Shown piece after piece: positions 29,294 through 38,054 of a DNA stretch of 52,390 nt. The notes beneath the pieces were generated by a model. It made no database searches. It worked only from the letters and a program-made list of their open reading frames with translations, and was not told where the DNA came from. Origin of the DNA: Candidatus Poseidoniaceae archaeon. GTDB lineage: Archaea > Thermoplasmatota > Poseidoniia > Poseidoniales > Poseidoniaceae. The position numbers and the translations under genes were made by a program. Location of the stretch: assembly GCA_049623485.1 (NCBI GenBank), contig JBMZTB010000004.1:1-52390 (forward strand). The letters are read 5' to 3'. Numbering within the stretch: the first letter of the stretch is position 1; each line of letters begins with the position of its first letter.

Positions 29294-31507
29294 TTACACT
29301 TTTTGCCAATCGTTTCCGTTCCACCACAGATTCGAACCATCGCTCATTACTCGCCAGGTGTGACCTGCTTCGTCAGTCCATTGGTTCTCAACAGTTGGTT
29401 CTGCAACAACAGGCTGAACTGGTTGAGGGTTTTGAGTAGGGTACAATGGTTGAGAGGACGCGAGTGGCTCGACTGCTGGCAATGAAACTGCTTCCTTTGG
29501 TGCAGGTTCTTCACCACCCTTTCTTCGCATGAAGAGGACTGCTCCAAGAACAACGATGACGAGTCCAACGCCGATGATGATCATCAACTGCATTTGAGCA
29601 GCATCTTCCTCTTCCTGAGCCTTCTGTTCATTGTCACCAACGCCATCGCCATCACTATCCATTGTTTCATCTGGATCATCTGGGAACGCATCAGCATTGT
29701 TCCCAACACCATCTGCATCGGTATCGAGTGTTTCGTTTGCATCGTTCGGGAACGCATCAGTATTGTCGCCGACACCATCGCTATCTGAATCCGTTGTTTC
29801 AGATGCATCTAATGGGAAGGCATCAGAACCATCCATCACACCGTCATCATCAGAATCTGTATCGAATCGATCTGTGCCCATGGTCAGTTCATCCATATCG
29901 CTAAGTCCATCGTTATCGTCATCAGTATCTGCATTGTCTCCAGTTCCATCCTGATCAAAGTCGAGAGTTTCACTGGCATCGAGTGGCAATGCGTCTTCCT
30001 TATCGTTGACTTCATCACCATCAGTGTCTTCATCGAATGGGTCTGTACCAATCGTTGCCTCTTCAGTATCTAACAAACCATCGTTGTCATCATCAGTGTC
30101 TGCGTTATCTCCAATCATATCTTGGTCAGCGTCACTCGATTCAGTTGCATCAGTAGGGAACATGTCTGCGTTATCTCCCACATTGTCACCATCAGTGTCT
30201 GCAGTTTCAGAAGGATCGTTTGGAGCCCAGTCTCCATTATCTCCAACACCATCGTCGTCAGAGTCTACAGATTCAGTAGAGTCGTTGGGAAAAGCGTCAG
30301 CGTTGTCTCCAACTGTATCGCCATCGGTATCTGCAGTTTCAGTTGGATCGTTCGGGAATGCATCGGCATTGTCTCCAGTACCGTCGCTGTCACTATCTGC
30401 GGTTTCTGTTGGATCGTTCGGGAATGCATCAGCATTGTCTCCGGTCCCGTCGCTGTCACTGTCTGCAGTTTCAGTTGGATCGTTCGGGAATGCATCGGCA
30501 TTGTCTCCAGTCCCATCACTGTCAGTGTCTGCAATTTCGGTTGGGTCGTTCGGGAATGCATCAGCATTGTCTCCAGTCCCATCACTGTCAGTATCTGCAG
30601 TTTCAGTTGGATCGTTCGGGAATGCATCAGCATTGTCTCCAGTACCGTCGTTATCAGAATCTGCGGTTTCAGTTGGATCGTTCGGGAATGCATCTTGTCC
30701 ATCTGGAGTGCCATCGTTATCTGAATCAGCATCGACGATTGTTGCAGAATCTGGGCACTGTGCTATTGGGCCAAGTTCCGTACCGTCATGAGGCGTAACT
30801 TCTACGGTCCAAACCTCTCCGATAGAAGTGGAGGAACCGGTAATTGTCTTTACATCATTATGAGCAGGGGCAGGATTTCCGTCAACAAACCATCGGATTT
30901 GAGATGGCCCTTCTTGATCACCATCGTTATCAGAAAATGTGTAGCTAACGGTAAACGACTGTGCAGTTGTAACATCACCGTTAGGTGTTAAAGCGACATT
31001 CGAAACGGTTGGTGGGGTATTTGGTGGAGGAGCACCTTCCGGGACAGCGAATTGATTTGTACCCCAATTGTCGCCTGAATTCTGAGAGTTTGCGTTGGCA
31101 AACAACACAGCGAGAGTGAATGTAACATCACCTGTTCCTATTGAAGGCGCAGTCCAGTCGGCGCTCCAAGAACGTGCTCCATCATTGCTGTGGGTGAGTT
31201 CACCGTTGACCGATTTAACCAGCGAACCAAGATTCGACCATGTACCAGCAGACGCATCCAGGTTAAACCCGCCCTGTCCAGTCGTTGACATACTACTTGA
31301 CGACCATGTGAGAGTGTAGGTAGCGCCTGGGCTGTAGGATGAAGGCAATCCGGTCATAGATGGTACAATCATTGCGTCAGTGTTGTGACAGTTACAACCT
31401 CCGCTACTGGCGCCAATTTTACCAGAGGAATTCGCATTAATAGGTGGTATCATCGAAATGAGCATGGCGACAACGAGCACACTCGCGATTCGGGACATGG
31501 GGGTCAT
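29294..31507 (-). CDS. Cell-surface protein: Reeler/choice-of-anchor-V-like domain, Ig-like domain, thrombospondin type-3-like Ca-binding repeats, TM helix and Trp-rich tail
   Basis: Signal peptide, GCNCH, YSPGATYTLT...WTAP, NTPPTV, many DAFPNDPTETADSDxDGTGDN repeats, then a TM helix followed by RRK. Confidence 0.85.
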   Translation of the reverse strand: MTPMSRIASVLVVAMLISMIPPINANSSGKIGASSGGCNCHNTDAMIVPSMTGLPSSYSPGATYTLTWSSSSMSTTGQGGFNLDASAGTWSNLGSLVKSVNGELTHSNDGARSWSADWTAPSIGTGDVTFTLAVLFANANSQNSGDNWGTNQFAVPEGAPPPNTPPTVSNVALTPNGDVTTAQSFTVSYTFSDNDGDQEGPSQIRWFVDGNPAPAHNDVKTITGSSTSIGEVWTVEVTPHDGTELGPIAQCPDSATIVDADSDNDGTPDGQDAFPNDPTETADSDNDGTGDNADAFPNDPTETADTDSDGTGDNADAFPNDPTEIADTDSDGTGDNADAFPNDPTETADSDSDGTGDNADAFPNDPTETADSDSDGTGDNADAFPNDPTETADTDGDTVGDNADAFPNDSTESVDSDDDGVGDNGDWAPNDPSETADTDGDNVGDNADMFPTDATESSDADQDMIGDNADTDDDNDGLLDTEEATIGTDPFDEDTDGDEVNDKEDALPLDASETLDFDQDGTGDNADTDDDNDGLSDMDELTMGTDRFDTDSDDDGVMDGSDAFPLDASETTDSDSDGVGDNTDAFPNDANETLDTDADGVGNNADAFPDDPDETMDSDGDGVGDNEQKAQEEEDAAQMQLMIIIGVGLVIVVLGAVLFMRRKGGEEPAPKEAVSLPAVEPLASSQPLYPTQNPQPVQPVVAEPTVENQWTDEAGHTWRVMSDGSNLWWNGNDWQKV
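30299..30694 (-). repeat. Six near-identical 66-bp coding tandem repeats (22-aa TSP3-like unit), with degenerate copies flanking
   Basis: TTGG(A/G)TCGTTCGGGAATGCATC recurs at 30343, 30409, 30475, 30541, 30607 and 30673. Confidence 0.95.
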
Positions 31508-31669
31508 AACCTTGCCAAATCAGTTTACATATTAATAGAAGTGGTACGTCGTTTTGACACAAAGCAGCAAGAAAATCTACCATTCCCCTACTGAAATCTG
31601 ACGCGGCGCGATTAAATAGGGGAGTTTGGTCGCTAGGTTGCCTACGTTCGTAAGGAAGGAGTTGTAAGT

Positions 31670-31951
31670 ATGCCAAAGCCATGGACCTCGAAGCTGATAA
31701 TCAAAGCCCTCGGAGTCCAAAAGTGCAATGGTAGTCTCGACGCCGCTGTCGAAGATTTGCCTCTCGAAAAAGCAATGGAAGTTGCTCGAGAGAAAGCAGG
31801 TCTCGGCCACTTGACTGGAGCTGACCTGAAGGCACAAACCCGAGAGATCATCGGAACTTGTGTCTCCATGCGTGTCAAAATCGACGGTCATTGGGCAGTT
31901 GAAGCCCTCGAAATCATTAGCAAAGGAGAATGGGACGAGCGATTTAACTGA
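31670..31951 (+). CDS. rpl11: Ribosomal protein uL11, C-terminal rRNA-binding domain only (93 aa)
   Basis: PWTSKLIIKALG...DLKAQTREIIGTCVSM...GEWDE matches the archaeal L11 C-terminal domain. Lies directly before rpl1. Confidence 0.85.
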   Translation: MPKPWTSKLIIKALGVQKCNGSLDAAVEDLPLEKAMEVAREKAGLGHLTGADLKAQTREIIGTCVSMRVKIDGHWAVEALEIISKGEWDERFN

Positions 31952-31965
31952 ACAAATCACGAACC

Positions 31966-31994
31966 GCAGGAGAGGTGAAAGCCTCGTCGACTGC
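31966..31994 (+). promoter_or_regulatory. Candidate uL1-binding translational operator in the rpl1 leader
   Basis: GCAG-GAG-AGG-[TGAAAG]-CCT-CGTCGA-CTGC forms two helices with an asymmetric loop, abutting the SD GAGGTGA (31996-32002). Confidence 0.55.
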
Positions 31995-32008
31995 AGAGGT
32001 GAGATACT

Positions 32009-32653
32009 ATGGAAGAAAACATCAACAATGCCATCAAAGAAGCCATCGAAAACGCTCCAGAGCGTAAATTCGTTGAATCAATGGACATCCAATTTACTAT
32101 CAAGGATGTCGATTTGAAGAACCCAACTAACCGTATCAAGGAAGAAGTTCGTCTTCCTTCTGGCCGTGGACGGGATGTTCGAATCGCTATGTTCGCTGCT
32201 GGTGAAGCAGCAACCCGTGCCCGTGATGCTGGCATTCACGTCATTACTCCTCCAGAAATTGAAGAACTTGGCGGAAACAAAGGTCGTGCCAAGAAGATCG
32301 GAAACCAATTCGATTTCTTCCTTTCAGAAGTTCCACACATGGGGCTTATTGGACGATACCTTGGTACAGTTCTCGGTCCACGAGGAAAAATGCCACGTCC
32401 AGTACCTCCAACACTTGATCCAGCCGTTATTGCTACAGGTCTGAAAACAACAGTCGTTGTCAAATCTGGAGACAAAATGACCTTCCATACAACAATAGGA
32501 ACTGTTGGTCAATCACAAGAGGAACTCTTTGCTAACGCAATGGAAGTTTACAACCGTGTAATTGGCCGTCTCGAACGAGGAGCAGGAAACATCCGCTCCC
32601 TCTTCATCAAGACAACAATGGGTCCTGCAACTCGAGTGGAGGTGGAACTGTGA
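32009..32653 (+). CDS. rpl1: 50S ribosomal protein uL1
   Basis: RKFVESMD, LGPRGKMP and KTTMGP motifs. Confidence 0.97.
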   Translation: MEENINNAIKEAIENAPERKFVESMDIQFTIKDVDLKNPTNRIKEEVRLPSGRGRDVRIAMFAAGEAATRARDAGIHVITPPEIEELGGNKGRAKKIGNQFDFFLSEVPHMGLIGRYLGTVLGPRGKMPRPVPPTLDPAVIATGLKTTVVVKSGDKMTFHTTIGTVGQSQEELFANAMEVYNRVIGRLERGAGNIRSLFIKTTMGPATRVEVEL

Positions 32654-33666
32654 TTCCAAAGGTAATGAGCTGGAAGCGAGATACCGTCAACGACCTTCTT
32701 GAAGTCATCAACAATGGCGAAACCCTCGCCGTTATCGATATTCACGGCGTTCCTGCTGATTCGATGATTGGAATGCGTAATAATCTGCGAAGCAACATGA
32801 AAATTCGTGTAGCAAAGAAGCGATTGATGCGCATCGCCTGGGAACAAGCAGGCAAAGATCTCTCAGTTCTCGAAGAACTTTTTGATGGAGCAATTCAACC
32901 TGCTCTGGTTTCCACAGGAGACTACAATTCGTTTGAGGTCTTCTCAGAACTCAAGAAAACAGAAGCAGGTCGTGCTGCTAAGCCTGGCGATGTTGCTTCA
33001 GAAGACATTATTGTCGAAAAGCAAGACACAGGTATGCCACCAGGTCCGATTGTTGGTGAATTGAACACCGTTGGAATCCCTGCTAAGATCATGGGCGGTT
33101 CAGTCCACATCCAGAAGCGCCACGTTGCGCTCAAGGCTGGAGAAGTCTTTGAAGGCGATCTCGGTATGCTACTTGGACAAATTGGAATCAAGCCAATCGT
33201 AACTGGTCTACGTCTTTGTGGTACCTACGAAGATGGTGTTGTTTTCTCACCATCGACACTCGATATCGACTACGAGCAGTTCGAACAGGACTTGATTGGA
33301 ATGGCTGCAGGCGGATTCAACCTCGCATGCAACATCACATGGTTTACATCACAAACCATGCCAACACTACTCGCCAAAGCAAGCAGAGAAGCGCTTGCTG
33401 TTGCACTTGAGGCAGCGATCGCAACCGCTGAAACCCTGCCTCACTTGATTGGAAGAGCCCACCGCAGTGCCATCGGTATTGCAGGCTCTCTAGATTCCTC
33501 CGCCCTTGACGACGAATTGGTCGCAATGCTCGGTGCTGCTGCTTCTGCAGCAACACAAGCTGCTGCTGTCGTTGAAAGTGCGTCTGATGCCCCAGCCGAG
33601 GCAGAAGAAGAAGAGGAAGAAGAAGAAGAGGGCGGCTTTGCCGGCCTTGGAGATCTTTTCGGCTGA
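32650..33666 (+). CDS. rpl10: 50S ribosomal protein uL10 (P0)
   Basis: Archaeal P0 features (AKPGDVA..DI, TGMPPGP) and an acidic tail ending GLGDLFG. Confidence 0.96.
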   Translation: MIPKVMSWKRDTVNDLLEVINNGETLAVIDIHGVPADSMIGMRNNLRSNMKIRVAKKRLMRIAWEQAGKDLSVLEELFDGAIQPALVSTGDYNSFEVFSELKKTEAGRAAKPGDVASEDIIVEKQDTGMPPGPIVGELNTVGIPAKIMGGSVHIQKRHVALKAGEVFEGDLGMLLGQIGIKPIVTGLRLCGTYEDGVVFSPSTLDIDYEQFEQDLIGMAAGGFNLACNITWFTSQTMPTLLAKASREALAVALEAAIATAETLPHLIGRAHRSAIGIAGSLDSSALDDELVAMLGAAASAATQAAAVVESASDAPAEAEEEEEEEEEGGFAGLGDLFG

Positions 33667-33695
33667 ACACAACACAAATATTGAGGTGAAATGAA

Positions 33696-33998
33696 ATGGA
33701 ATACGTTTATGCTGCTATGCTACTGCACGCTGCTGAAAAAGAAATGACCGAAGACAACATCACAGCCACACTAAAGGCTGCTGGTGTAGATGTTGATGCA
33801 TCCCGAGTAAAGGCACTTGTTGCTTCACTCGCTGGTGTCGACATCGCTGAAGCAATGACCCAAGCTGTCGCTGCACCAGCTGCTGCTGCTGCACCGGCTG
33901 CTGCATCTGCTGACGCCCCTGCCGCTGCTGAAGAAGCAGAGGAAGAGGAAGAAGAAGAAGCGGGCGGCTTCGAAGGTCTTGGCTCCCTATTCGGTTGA
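33696..33998 (+). CDS. rpl12: 50S ribosomal stalk protein P1 (aL12)
   Basis: [12 protein letters not shown]-terminus, Ala-rich hinge and acidic GLGSLFG tail. Confidence 0.97.
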   Translation: MEYVYAAMLLHAAEKEMTEDNITATLKAAGVDVDASRVKALVASLAGVDIAEAMTQAVAAPAAAAAPAAASADAPAAAEEAEEEEEEEAGGFEGLGSLFG

Positions 33999-34021
33999 GT
34001 ACAACACAAACCATCGCTCCA

Positions 34022-34178
34022 GATCCTTGATGCCGAAGGCATCGAGAGATTCTCCAAGCGTTGCGTGAAGCTCAACCAAGAGGAAGTCATCTCATCCTAA
34101 TGATGAGATTCGCGCAGCGTAACATCGCGTCGCATGGTTCTTGCCATATTGCTTAGTGCGCTAGGCATGGTGCGACGC
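34022..34178 (+). ncRNA. Candidate structured RNA element downstream of rpl12
   Basis: Hairpin at 34022-51. A 12-bp helix (34058-69/34109-20) encloses a perfect 8-bp hairpin (34089-34109). An 8-bp IR (34127-34/34171-78) encloses a further hairpin. Confidence 0.35.
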
Positions 34179-34679
34179 AATACACTTGATTTGGAACTGA
34201 GTGTAACCCCAGTCGAATGCATCCGATCTCTTCGAACTCTGTGTGAAGAAAAGGGTTGGAAACTCGAACGGCATGAAGGTTCACGCCTTGTCGATCGCTT
34301 TGCAATCATCATGCCTATGGCTCAAACCGCTCGAACACTTGGATTACGCGTTCTTGATGGTCCACTGACTGGATTAGAATTGACAACATGGTCAGAGGTT
34401 CGTGGTTCAGCAGGAGCAGTTCATCTCACATCGTGGATTCTTCCAGGAGGTCCAAGCCATCCCCAAATTCAACATCTCTTACAACATTGGGTTTCTCGAT
34501 TACCAAGATGTCCTTGGCGATGGACATTCGGTGAACGTTCGAAGATAGGCTATCTTCTCCCAACCTGGAAAAAATCGCGTAAATCATTCACTGCACTTGG
34601 CTTCAATACAGCAAAAAATGCGTGGCCTTACGAAGCACCTGCTCCATGGCTATCAAGCAGCGATTTGGAAGAAGAATAA
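34167..34679 (+). CDS. Hypothetical protein (Trp-rich); alternative start at 34134
   Basis: Long ORF co-oriented with its neighbours. No recognisable family. Confidence 0.7.
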   Translation: MVRRNTLDLELSVTPVECIRSLRTLCEEKGWKLERHEGSRLVDRFAIIMPMAQTARTLGLRVLDGPLTGLELTTWSEVRGSAGAVHLTSWILPGGPSHPQIQHLLQHWVSRLPRCPWRWTFGERSKIGYLLPTWKKSRKSFTALGFNTAKNAWPYEAPAPWLSSSDLEEE

Positions 34680-34742
34680 TTCACATCTAACCGAAATACA
34701 TAGAGGTCTCCACCCCTTGGATTGCAACAGGAGGGCGTGAAT

Positions 34743-35447
34743 ATGGGCTTTATTGATGACATAAAAGTCGATCAAGAACTTCAGATAAAGGCACTATGTG
34801 TTGCCTTTTTCCTCGTAATCTTCCCATTGTACTTCTTCTCAGTAGCTGCAGGAACAGACAGCCCTACTGGAATGGGCGGTGTTGGAAAATACTCAGTAAG
34901 TGGAGATATCACCTACATTGATTTCGAATCAGGTGAAGAAGACATAGCCGACGGTACTCCTTTCGTCATTGACCTCAATACAGATGCATTAGACGATATC
35001 GCAGACAAGAACATTGTTGGAGTTCTCGTTTCAATGTCCTACCAAGAAGACGAGACAGAAGAGGAGACGGTGCCTCTCGTTCCATGTGTTACAGGTGGTC
35101 TCAGCGCAGACACAATCACAGGAACTGCTTCTCATCTAAATTTCTCCAATAGTGCCGATGGACAAAATGATGGGGGTAATGGCGCTCACGATGTCACAAC
35201 TGAGTGGTATAACTCATCCATGATTGGACAAGATGTAGAAGGACTGTCAGAATCTGAAATTGCAGAACAATTAGACTCTAATGGGGCAGGATTGGGAGAT
35301 TATACAGTCGAGATTTCGGTCACTGCGAACAGTCAAAATTCACCAGGCTGCACCAGATCAGATACCGGAGAAACAGTTTCGTACACAATTCAACTAATCG
35401 TCCTGGATTATTCTATCATTCCTTTCGTTGAAATCGAAAATATCTGA
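34743..35447 (+). CDS. Membrane-anchored acidic extracellular hypothetical protein
   Basis: SD GGAGG, N-terminal TM helix, beta-rich acidic domain with a Cys pair. Confidence 0.75.
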   Translation: MGFIDDIKVDQELQIKALCVAFFLVIFPLYFFSVAAGTDSPTGMGGVGKYSVSGDITYIDFESGEEDIADGTPFVIDLNTDALDDIADKNIVGVLVSMSYQEDETEEETVPLVPCVTGGLSADTITGTASHLNFSNSADGQNDGGNGAHDVTTEWYNSSMIGQDVEGLSESEIAEQLDSNGAGLGDYTVEISVTANSQNSPGCTRSDTGETVSYTIQLIVLDYSIIPFVEIENI

Positions 35448-35456
35448 GTGATACTT

Positions 35457-36005
35457 ATGATGCGAGAATTCTTTCCTGTTTTTGTTTTGTTGCTCTTCCT
35501 GAGTGGCTGTACAAGTGATGCTGCAATAGAGGAGCCTATTGGTCAAAGCGGTCCAGTAGCTGAACCATTCCCATCATGGTCAAGTTCTTCCCATAATGGC
35601 GAGGAATACAATGGCTCAATGCTTGAGAATGAGTCGTATGTAGCATATTTCTCAGCCCCTTGGTGTGCTCATTGCGAACAAACATTGGATGCTTTCGATC
35701 AATCAATTCCAGAAGGAAAACTGATGGTCTTCTCCTATGATGAGCGAGAAGATTACAGCGATATGAACGGCTGGCATAACAAAACCGAGACGAATCTCAA
35801 TCGAACCATAGATCGTCCATTCATGCTCAATCCTCCATTGGCATCAGAAGTCAACTTGACGAACATTCCATTCGTTCTCTTCGTCAACGAACAAGGCTAT
35901 GTCCATCATGTCCAAGTCGGTAGAATCACTGATGTCGATGCCATTTCTGAACTTTGGAACGCAGTCCTTGACGCAACAGTTGACGATACTGGTTATTGGA
36001 ATTAA
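35457..36005 (+). CDS. Thioredoxin-fold (TlpA-like) lipoprotein
   Basis: LSGC lipobox, FSAPWCAHC and cis-Pro NIPFVLFV. Confidence 0.85.
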   Translation: MMREFFPVFVLLLFLSGCTSDAAIEEPIGQSGPVAEPFPSWSSSSHNGEEYNGSMLENESYVAYFSAPWCAHCEQTLDAFDQSIPEGKLMVFSYDEREDYSDMNGWHNKTETNLNRTIDRPFMLNPPLASEVNLTNIPFVLFVNEQGYVHHVQVGRITDVDAISELWNAVLDATVDDTGYWN

Positions 36006-37396
36006 GCCAGTAGTTTCTCAATATTGATGATTGAACTAACTCTTGAATTAATGAGGCTTAGCATTTCATGAAGTTTCTCTTCGTTGACTGCTTCGACTCT
36101 CATAACAAGGATTGGTTCAGTGTTTGATTTACGGGCTAAATACCATCCTTGTTGTTCACCATGTTCTGTAAATCGTACGCGAACACCATCGATTGTGGAT
36201 GATTCATGATCTGCAAATGCTTCTGTAATTGCAGAAACAATTTCCAATTTCTTTTCCTCTGGGCATGGAACCTTGACTTCACCAGTTGTTGGAAGATTCG
36301 GTGCAAGGCGATTCAATTCTTCACTGAAGAGAGCATCCCGTCTTGACCATAGTTCAAGGATTCTTGCTGCATTGTATAGCGAGCAATCAAAACCGTACCA
36401 ACCTCGGTCTGCCATGAAGATGTGGCCACTCATTTCTGCAGCCATTAGTGCATCTGGATTTTCTGCAAGAACTCGCTTCATGAAGGAATGTCCAGTCTTT
36501 GCCATCATTGGCCTTCCACCTGCTTCCATGATTGCTTTCTCAACATTCATTGAACATTTGACATCATAGATGAGGAGATCCTTCCCTTCCTCTGTTCCCA
36601 CGACATCGTCGGCAAGAAGCGCGATTAGTCGGTCAGGGTAGACAAAGTTCCCTTTCTCATCGACTGCACCGATTCTGTCACCATCCCCATCAGCTCCCAA
36701 TCCGAGTTCGTATCCATTATCGACAACTGCTTTTGCAAGATCAACCATGTTGTATTCTCGAGTAGGATCTGCTCCGTGATTTGGTTCAGTATTGTCCCAA
36801 TCACAATACAAATCGATGTGTTCAGCTCCAATCATATCGAGGAGTTTTGACATTGCAGGCCCAGGAACTGCATTGCCGCAATCGACTGCTACCTTCACTG
36901 GCCGAGCGAGTGTTCCCGTAGAAGCAACAATTGCTTCGAGATATGTATCCTCATGCGGATGATCAATATGTTTTCCATCACCATCAGCAAAGTTTCCTTC
37001 TAGGAATACCCCTTTCAGTTCTTGAATTTCTTCACCAGCGAGAGGCAATGTTCCTCTGCACATCTTGAATCCGTTGTGTGTCGGCATTGGAAGATGGGAT
37101 GCTGTGACCATCACGCCACCATCAACAGGTAATGTCCAGCAAGCATGATACAAACAACCTGTCGAAACAATACCGAGATCAAGAACTTGAACTCCTGAAT
37201 CAACAAGTCCTTGAATGAGATTTGAAGCATACCCAGGACTTGATTTTCGTATGTCTCTACCAACTGCAAATGATTCACATTTGAGGTATGTTGCAATCGC
37301 TCTACCTAGTCGATATGCAAATTCATCGGACAATTCTTCACCAGATAATCCGCGAATATCATAGGCTTTGAAACAGGATTCAGGCCATTCCGTCAT
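36002..37396 (-). CDS. Phosphomannomutase/phosphoglucomutase
   Basis: FKAYDIRG, TASH phosphoserine loop, DGDGDR, EMSGH and RKSNTEP motifs. Confidence 0.95.
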   Translation of the reverse strand: MTEWPESCFKAYDIRGLSGEELSDEFAYRLGRAIATYLKCESFAVGRDIRKSSPGYASNLIQGLVDSGVQVLDLGIVSTGCLYHACWTLPVDGGVMVTASHLPMPTHNGFKMCRGTLPLAGEEIQELKGVFLEGNFADGDGKHIDHPHEDTYLEAIVASTGTLARPVKVAVDCGNAVPGPAMSKLLDMIGAEHIDLYCDWDNTEPNHGADPTREYNMVDLAKAVVDNGYELGLGADGDGDRIGAVDEKGNFVYPDRLIALLADDVVGTEEGKDLLIYDVKCSMNVEKAIMEAGGRPMMAKTGHSFMKRVLAENPDALMAAEMSGHIFMADRGWYGFDCSLYNAARILELWSRRDALFSEELNRLAPNLPTTGEVKVPCPEEKKLEIVSAITEAFADHESSTIDGVRVRFTEHGEQQGWYLARKSNTEPILVMRVEAVNEEKLHEMLSLINSRVSSIINIEKLLA

Positions 37397-37440
37397 GGAA
37401 TGTGGTTCAAGTCCTTGTTTTCAAGGATACCTATTGATTG

Positions 37441-37623
37441 TCATCTTCTTAGGAAGAGAGTCAGTGTTAACGTAATTGTAATGAGAATAAAAAATGGGAG
37501 AAGGTATCCAGTCCACCACGATGCAATACCAAGCGCTAGCAGTGTTGGAACAGTCATCTGAAGCAACTTCGGCCAGGTAAGCAATCCCTTCGGGGGCTCT
37601 TCCAAATAGGGTGTGCCTGGCAT
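37441..37623 (-). CDS. 60-aa small membrane protein
   Basis: Starts 10 nt after the RidA stop with a GAGG SD. Two hydrophobic segments and an RR C-terminus. Confidence 0.6.
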   Translation of the reverse strand: MPGTPYLEEPPKGLLTWPKLLQMTVPTLLALGIASWWTGYLLPFFILITITLTLTLFLRR

Positions 37624-37632
37624 ATTGTTTCC

Positions 37633-37998
37633 TCAAGATTGGACGCCTTGGACAACAATTTCAACAAGAGCACCTTTTGGAAGTGCTCCAGCTTCGAATG
37701 CAGCTCGTGCGGGTCGTACTGTCATCTCTTCAACCCATGCGCCGTAGACTTCGTTCATCGCAGCATAATCTTCGATTGTATCGAGAAGAACTTGAGCAAA
37801 GCATATGTCTTCTTTCCTAAATCCTCCAGCAGCGAGTAATGCATCGATTTTAGCGAGTGCTCCTTTGGTTTGTGAAACGATATCATCGCCTTGATCTATT
37901 GAGATCTGTCCAGATAACCAGAATTGATTTCCAGCTTTTACTCCAGGCGTATACGGTCCAAAGACCTTCATTCCATCCAACGTGATTGGTTCTTTCAT
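37633..37998 (-). CDS. RidA/YjgF/UK114 family enamine deaminase
   Basis: GPYTPG, LSGQI, YAAMNEVY, PARA and LPKGALVEI motifs. Confidence 0.92.
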   Translation of the reverse strand: MKEPITLDGMKVFGPYTPGVKAGNQFWLSGQISIDQGDDIVSQTKGALAKIDALLAAGGFRKEDICFAQVLLDTIEDYAAMNEVYGAWVEEMTVRPARAAFEAGALPKGALVEIVVQGVQS

Positions 37999-38054
37999 GG
38001 CTCTGCTAATGTTTGGATGCTCATAGACATTAACCATGAGCCCTTGGCAAAGAT

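Noticed and set aside
30299-30694. Regular repeats as a possible CRISPR array
   Set aside because: The 66-bp period is a multiple of 3, there are no unique spacers, the repeats lie in frame within a protein, and no cas genes are present.
30006-30798. Long plus-strand and alternate-frame ORFs (261, 200, 155, 151 aa)
   Set aside because: Shadow frames of the Asp-rich tandem repeat gene.
33590-33998. Near-duplicate sequence at the ends of rpl10 and rpl12
   Set aside because: Well-known shared acidic C-terminal tail of the archaeal P0 and P1 stalk proteins.
34080-34200. RNase P RNA (GAGGAAGTC), box C/D sRNA (ATGATGA...CTGA) or fluoride riboswitch (GATGACTTC on minus strand)
   Set aside because: Only isolated short motifs match. 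The region is too short for RNase P, the C-to-D spacing (~100 nt) runs into a CDS, and the riboswitch pseudoknot partner is absent.
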